A DNA stretch of 46,258 nucleotides from a virus (lineage: Duplodnaviria; Caudoviricetes). Shown in pieces: positions 44,118 to 46,258 of this stretch; position 1 is the first letter of the stretch, and each line of letters starts with the position of its first letter. The position numbers and the translations under genes are program-made. Location of the stretch: positions 1 to 46,258 of the IMG/VR virus record IMGVR_UViG_3300045996_000626; one strand, written 5' to 3'. The notes beneath the pieces were generated by a model. That model worked only from the letters and a program-made list of their open reading frames with translations. It ran no database searches and had not been told where the DNA came from.

Positions 44118-44290
44118 TGCAGATATTCCCCATGAGCCAATACGGCAGGCTGCGGGCGATCATCACCAAAAACTGGTTAATCACCTTCGAGTGGCCGCGC
44201 GGCCCGATGCTGTGGTTCTTCTGGAACAGGGGCGGCTCGTACAGGCTCGGCCCGATTACCGTTGACAAACTAAACATTACAAAAGGTTAA
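44117..44290 (+). CDS. Hypothetical protein
   Basis: TGATG coupling; MQIFPMSQYG... Confidence 0.5.
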   Translation: MQIFPMSQYGRLRAIITKNWLITFEWPRGPMLWFFWNRGGSYRLGPITVDKLNITKG

Positions 44291-44300
44291 GGAATAAAAT

Positions 44301-44585
44301 ATGGCCGGCAGACCACCCGGCGCTCCCAACAAGGATAAGCCGTTTCGGGACGCCCTCAGGATGGAAGCGGCACTAGCCGAACAGGGTCAGGAGACACCCG
44401 CATTCCCCGGCTCGCTACGCTGGATTGCGCGGCAGCTTCTTATTCGTGCTGGCGAGGAAACCAACGCGACCAAGGAAGTGGGAGACCGGCTCGATGGCAA
44501 GGTGCCACAGGCCCACGGGGGCAGCGACGAGCTCGGCCCGATCCAGACGACGATTGTAACGGGGGTGCTGCGCGATGGCGAGTGA
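44301..44585 (+). CDS. Terminase small subunit-like protein
   Basis: MAGRP.G..NK.KPFRDAL...A.KEV.DRLDGK..Q; near terL. Confidence 0.75.
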   Translation: MAGRPPGAPNKDKPFRDALRMEAALAEQGQETPAFPGSLRWIARQLLIRAGEETNATKEVGDRLDGKVPQAHGGSDELGPIQTTIVTGVLRDGE

Positions 44586-44811
44586 CCCGGAGGTTAAGGC
44601 GCGGCTAGAGCAATTCAAAGCCTATTTCCCGCGCCCACCAAAGCCGCGCAAGGCTGCTCAGGCTGTCGAGGTAGAGATAAAGGTTCGGTTCGACGATGGC
44701 ACGAACGAACTGATGAGATTTAGCGGCCCTATCTTCCTCGCCTGCCCTCGTGATGAGAAAATGATACTGGACGGCTACAGGGCGGCGATAACGAGCAAGC
44801 CCTGGCGGTGA
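44575..44811 (+). CDS. Hypothetical protein between terS and terL
   Basis: Overlaps both neighbours. Confidence 0.6.
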   Translation: MASDPEVKARLEQFKAYFPRPPKPRKAAQAVEVEIKVRFDDGTNELMRFSGPIFLACPRDEKMILDGYRAAITSKPWR

Positions 44812-46088
44812 CGGAAAACATTATCGACTGCGGCTACCGTTCACGGCCACAGTTCGCTCCCTTCCACGCCCGCAAGCAACGCTTTGCCGCAATCGTGGCG
44901 CATCGACGGGCAGGCAAGACGGTAGCCTGCATCAACGACCTGCAAGACGGCGCATTGAGGTGCCCTAATGTCCGACCACGCTTCGCTTATCTTTCCCCAT
45001 ACCTCAAGCAAAGCAAAACTGTGGCTTGGGATTATCTGCGCGCGGCTATGTCTCCGCTTCGCGGGTTGGGCGCTGAAGTTAACGAAAGCGAATTACGGGT
45101 CGATTATCATAATGGAGGGCAGGTCAGACTTTATGGCGCTGACAATGCCGACGCATTACGCGGAATCTATCTTGACGGCGTTGTCCTCGACGAGTTCGCC
45201 GACATGGACCCACGAGTCTGGGCCGAAGTCATCCGCCCTGCACTAGCGGATAGACAGGGCTGGGCCGTATTCATTGGCACGCCCAAGGGCAGAAATGCCT
45301 TCTACGACATGTGGAAGCGGAGCCAAGAGGAAGAAAACTGGTTCTCGCTGATGCTCAAGGCGAGCGAGTCAGGGTTGATTGCCGAGAGTGAGTTAGCCTT
45401 AGCGCGGCGGGACTTGAGCGAGGACCAGTACGAACAAGAGTTCGAGTGCAGTTTTGATGCGGCCATCGTCGGAGCTTACTACGGCAAGCTGATGCAGCAG
45501 GCCGAGGCGGACAAGCGAATAACGGGAGTGCCCTATGAACCTGCAAGCCAAGTCTGGACCGCATGGGACTTGGGTATTCGAGATGCTACTGCAATCTGGT
45601 TCGCACAGGTTGTTGGTCGTGAAATCCGAATCATCGACTATTACGAAGCATCCGGCGTTGATCTGGGACACTACGTCAGAGAGGTTAACAACCGACCTTA
45701 CAGTTACGGCGGGCACTTCGTTCCGCATGACGCGCAGGCGAAAGAGTTGGGAACGGGCAAAACTCGCCTGGAAGTTCTGGAAACACTTGGACTTAGAAAC
45801 GTCACAGTAGCCCCGATGCACCGGGTGGAGGACGGTATCAACGCCGTCCGCGTGATGATTCCGAAATGCTGGTTTGACAAGACCAAATGCGAACGCGGGA
45901 TTGAGGCGCTCAAGCTCTACCGGGCGGAATACGACGACAAGCTACAGGCATTGAGGCCGCGCCCCGTTCACGACTGGGCCAGCCATGCTGCGGATGCGTT
46001 TCGGTATCTGGCGCTGACGCTGGACCGGGACGCGATCAATACCGGCTTTGGCCGCAAGCTCAACTATTCGGACGCGGGGTTCGTTTGA
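44808..46088 (+). CDS. terL: Terminase large subunit
   Basis: Walker A HRRAGKT, Walker B LRGIYLDGVVLDE, motif III GTPKG, nuclease AWDLG..D.T and HAADAFRY. Confidence 0.97.
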   Translation: MTENIIDCGYRSRPQFAPFHARKQRFAAIVAHRRAGKTVACINDLQDGALRCPNVRPRFAYLSPYLKQSKTVAWDYLRAAMSPLRGLGAEVNESELRVDYHNGGQVRLYGADNADALRGIYLDGVVLDEFADMDPRVWAEVIRPALADRQGWAVFIGTPKGRNAFYDMWKRSQEEENWFSLMLKASESGLIAESELALARRDLSEDQYEQEFECSFDAAIVGAYYGKLMQQAEADKRITGVPYEPASQVWTAWDLGIRDATAIWFAQVVGREIRIIDYYEASGVDLGHYVREVNNRPYSYGGHFVPHDAQAKELGTGKTRLEVLETLGLRNVTVAPMHRVEDGINAVRVMIPKCWFDKTKCERGIEALKLYRAEYDDKLQALRPRPVHDWASHAADAFRYLALTLDRDAINTGFGRKLNYSDAGFV

Positions 46089-46258
46089 TGCTGGATTGGC
46101 TGGACTTTACCGGTGATTGGGTAAGCAGCCTGGTTCTTTGGTTCTGCGGCATTTTGGTTGCCGTGGCCTTAGGGCTCATCGCGGGCTTAATTTACGACGC
46201 AGCAACTGCCGAGATCTTCTCGCTTCGCAAGGACTCATGGACCTGTGAGCGCAGCCAC
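45715..46258. repeat. Right copy of terminal direct repeat
   Basis: Aligns to 1-518. Confidence 0.97.
46088..46258 (+). CDS. Small membrane protein, intact allele (runs off the window end)
   Basis: Open frame with a TM segment that includes the 26 bp missing from the left copy. Confidence 0.6.
   Translation, partial: MLDWLDFTGDWVSSLVLWFCGILVAVALGLIAGLIYDAATAEIFSLRKDSWTCERSH

Noticed and set aside
1-46258. Stop-codon reassignment
   Set aside because: Core genes are full length under the standard code and use TAA, TGA and TAG as stops.

Overview
The window looks like one complete, circularly permuted tailed-phage genome. The unit length is about 45.7 kb, and bases 1-518 recur at 45715-46258. 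It has a podovirus-type (P22/SU10-like) virion module: terminase, portal, scaffold, major capsid, adaptor, tail nozzle, ejection proteins and tail fibre. A lysis module follows (GH24 endolysin, Rz/Rz1-like spanins, several holin candidates), then a nucleotide-metabolism cluster. A leftward early operon of small ORFs and a rightward Cro-DnaA_C-GcrA-RusA-methylase-replication-antiterminator operon complete the genome. GcrA and the DnaA_C-domain protein point to an alphaproteobacterial host (inference). No integrase and no CI-like repressor were recognised. The most unusual signals are: (i) three dispersed non-coding elements sharing a tRNA-like acceptor-stem/T-arm scaffold, with a compensatory base change; (ii) a stand-alone ART-PolyVal-like gene between terminase and portal; (iii) an antisense secreted sulfatase after the tail fibre; (iv) a 1439-aa virion protein containing a nucleoside-hydrolase-like domain; (v) terminal repeats that differ by mostly synonymous SNPs and a frameshifting indel. 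All family calls come from motif recognition by eye; no database searches were run.
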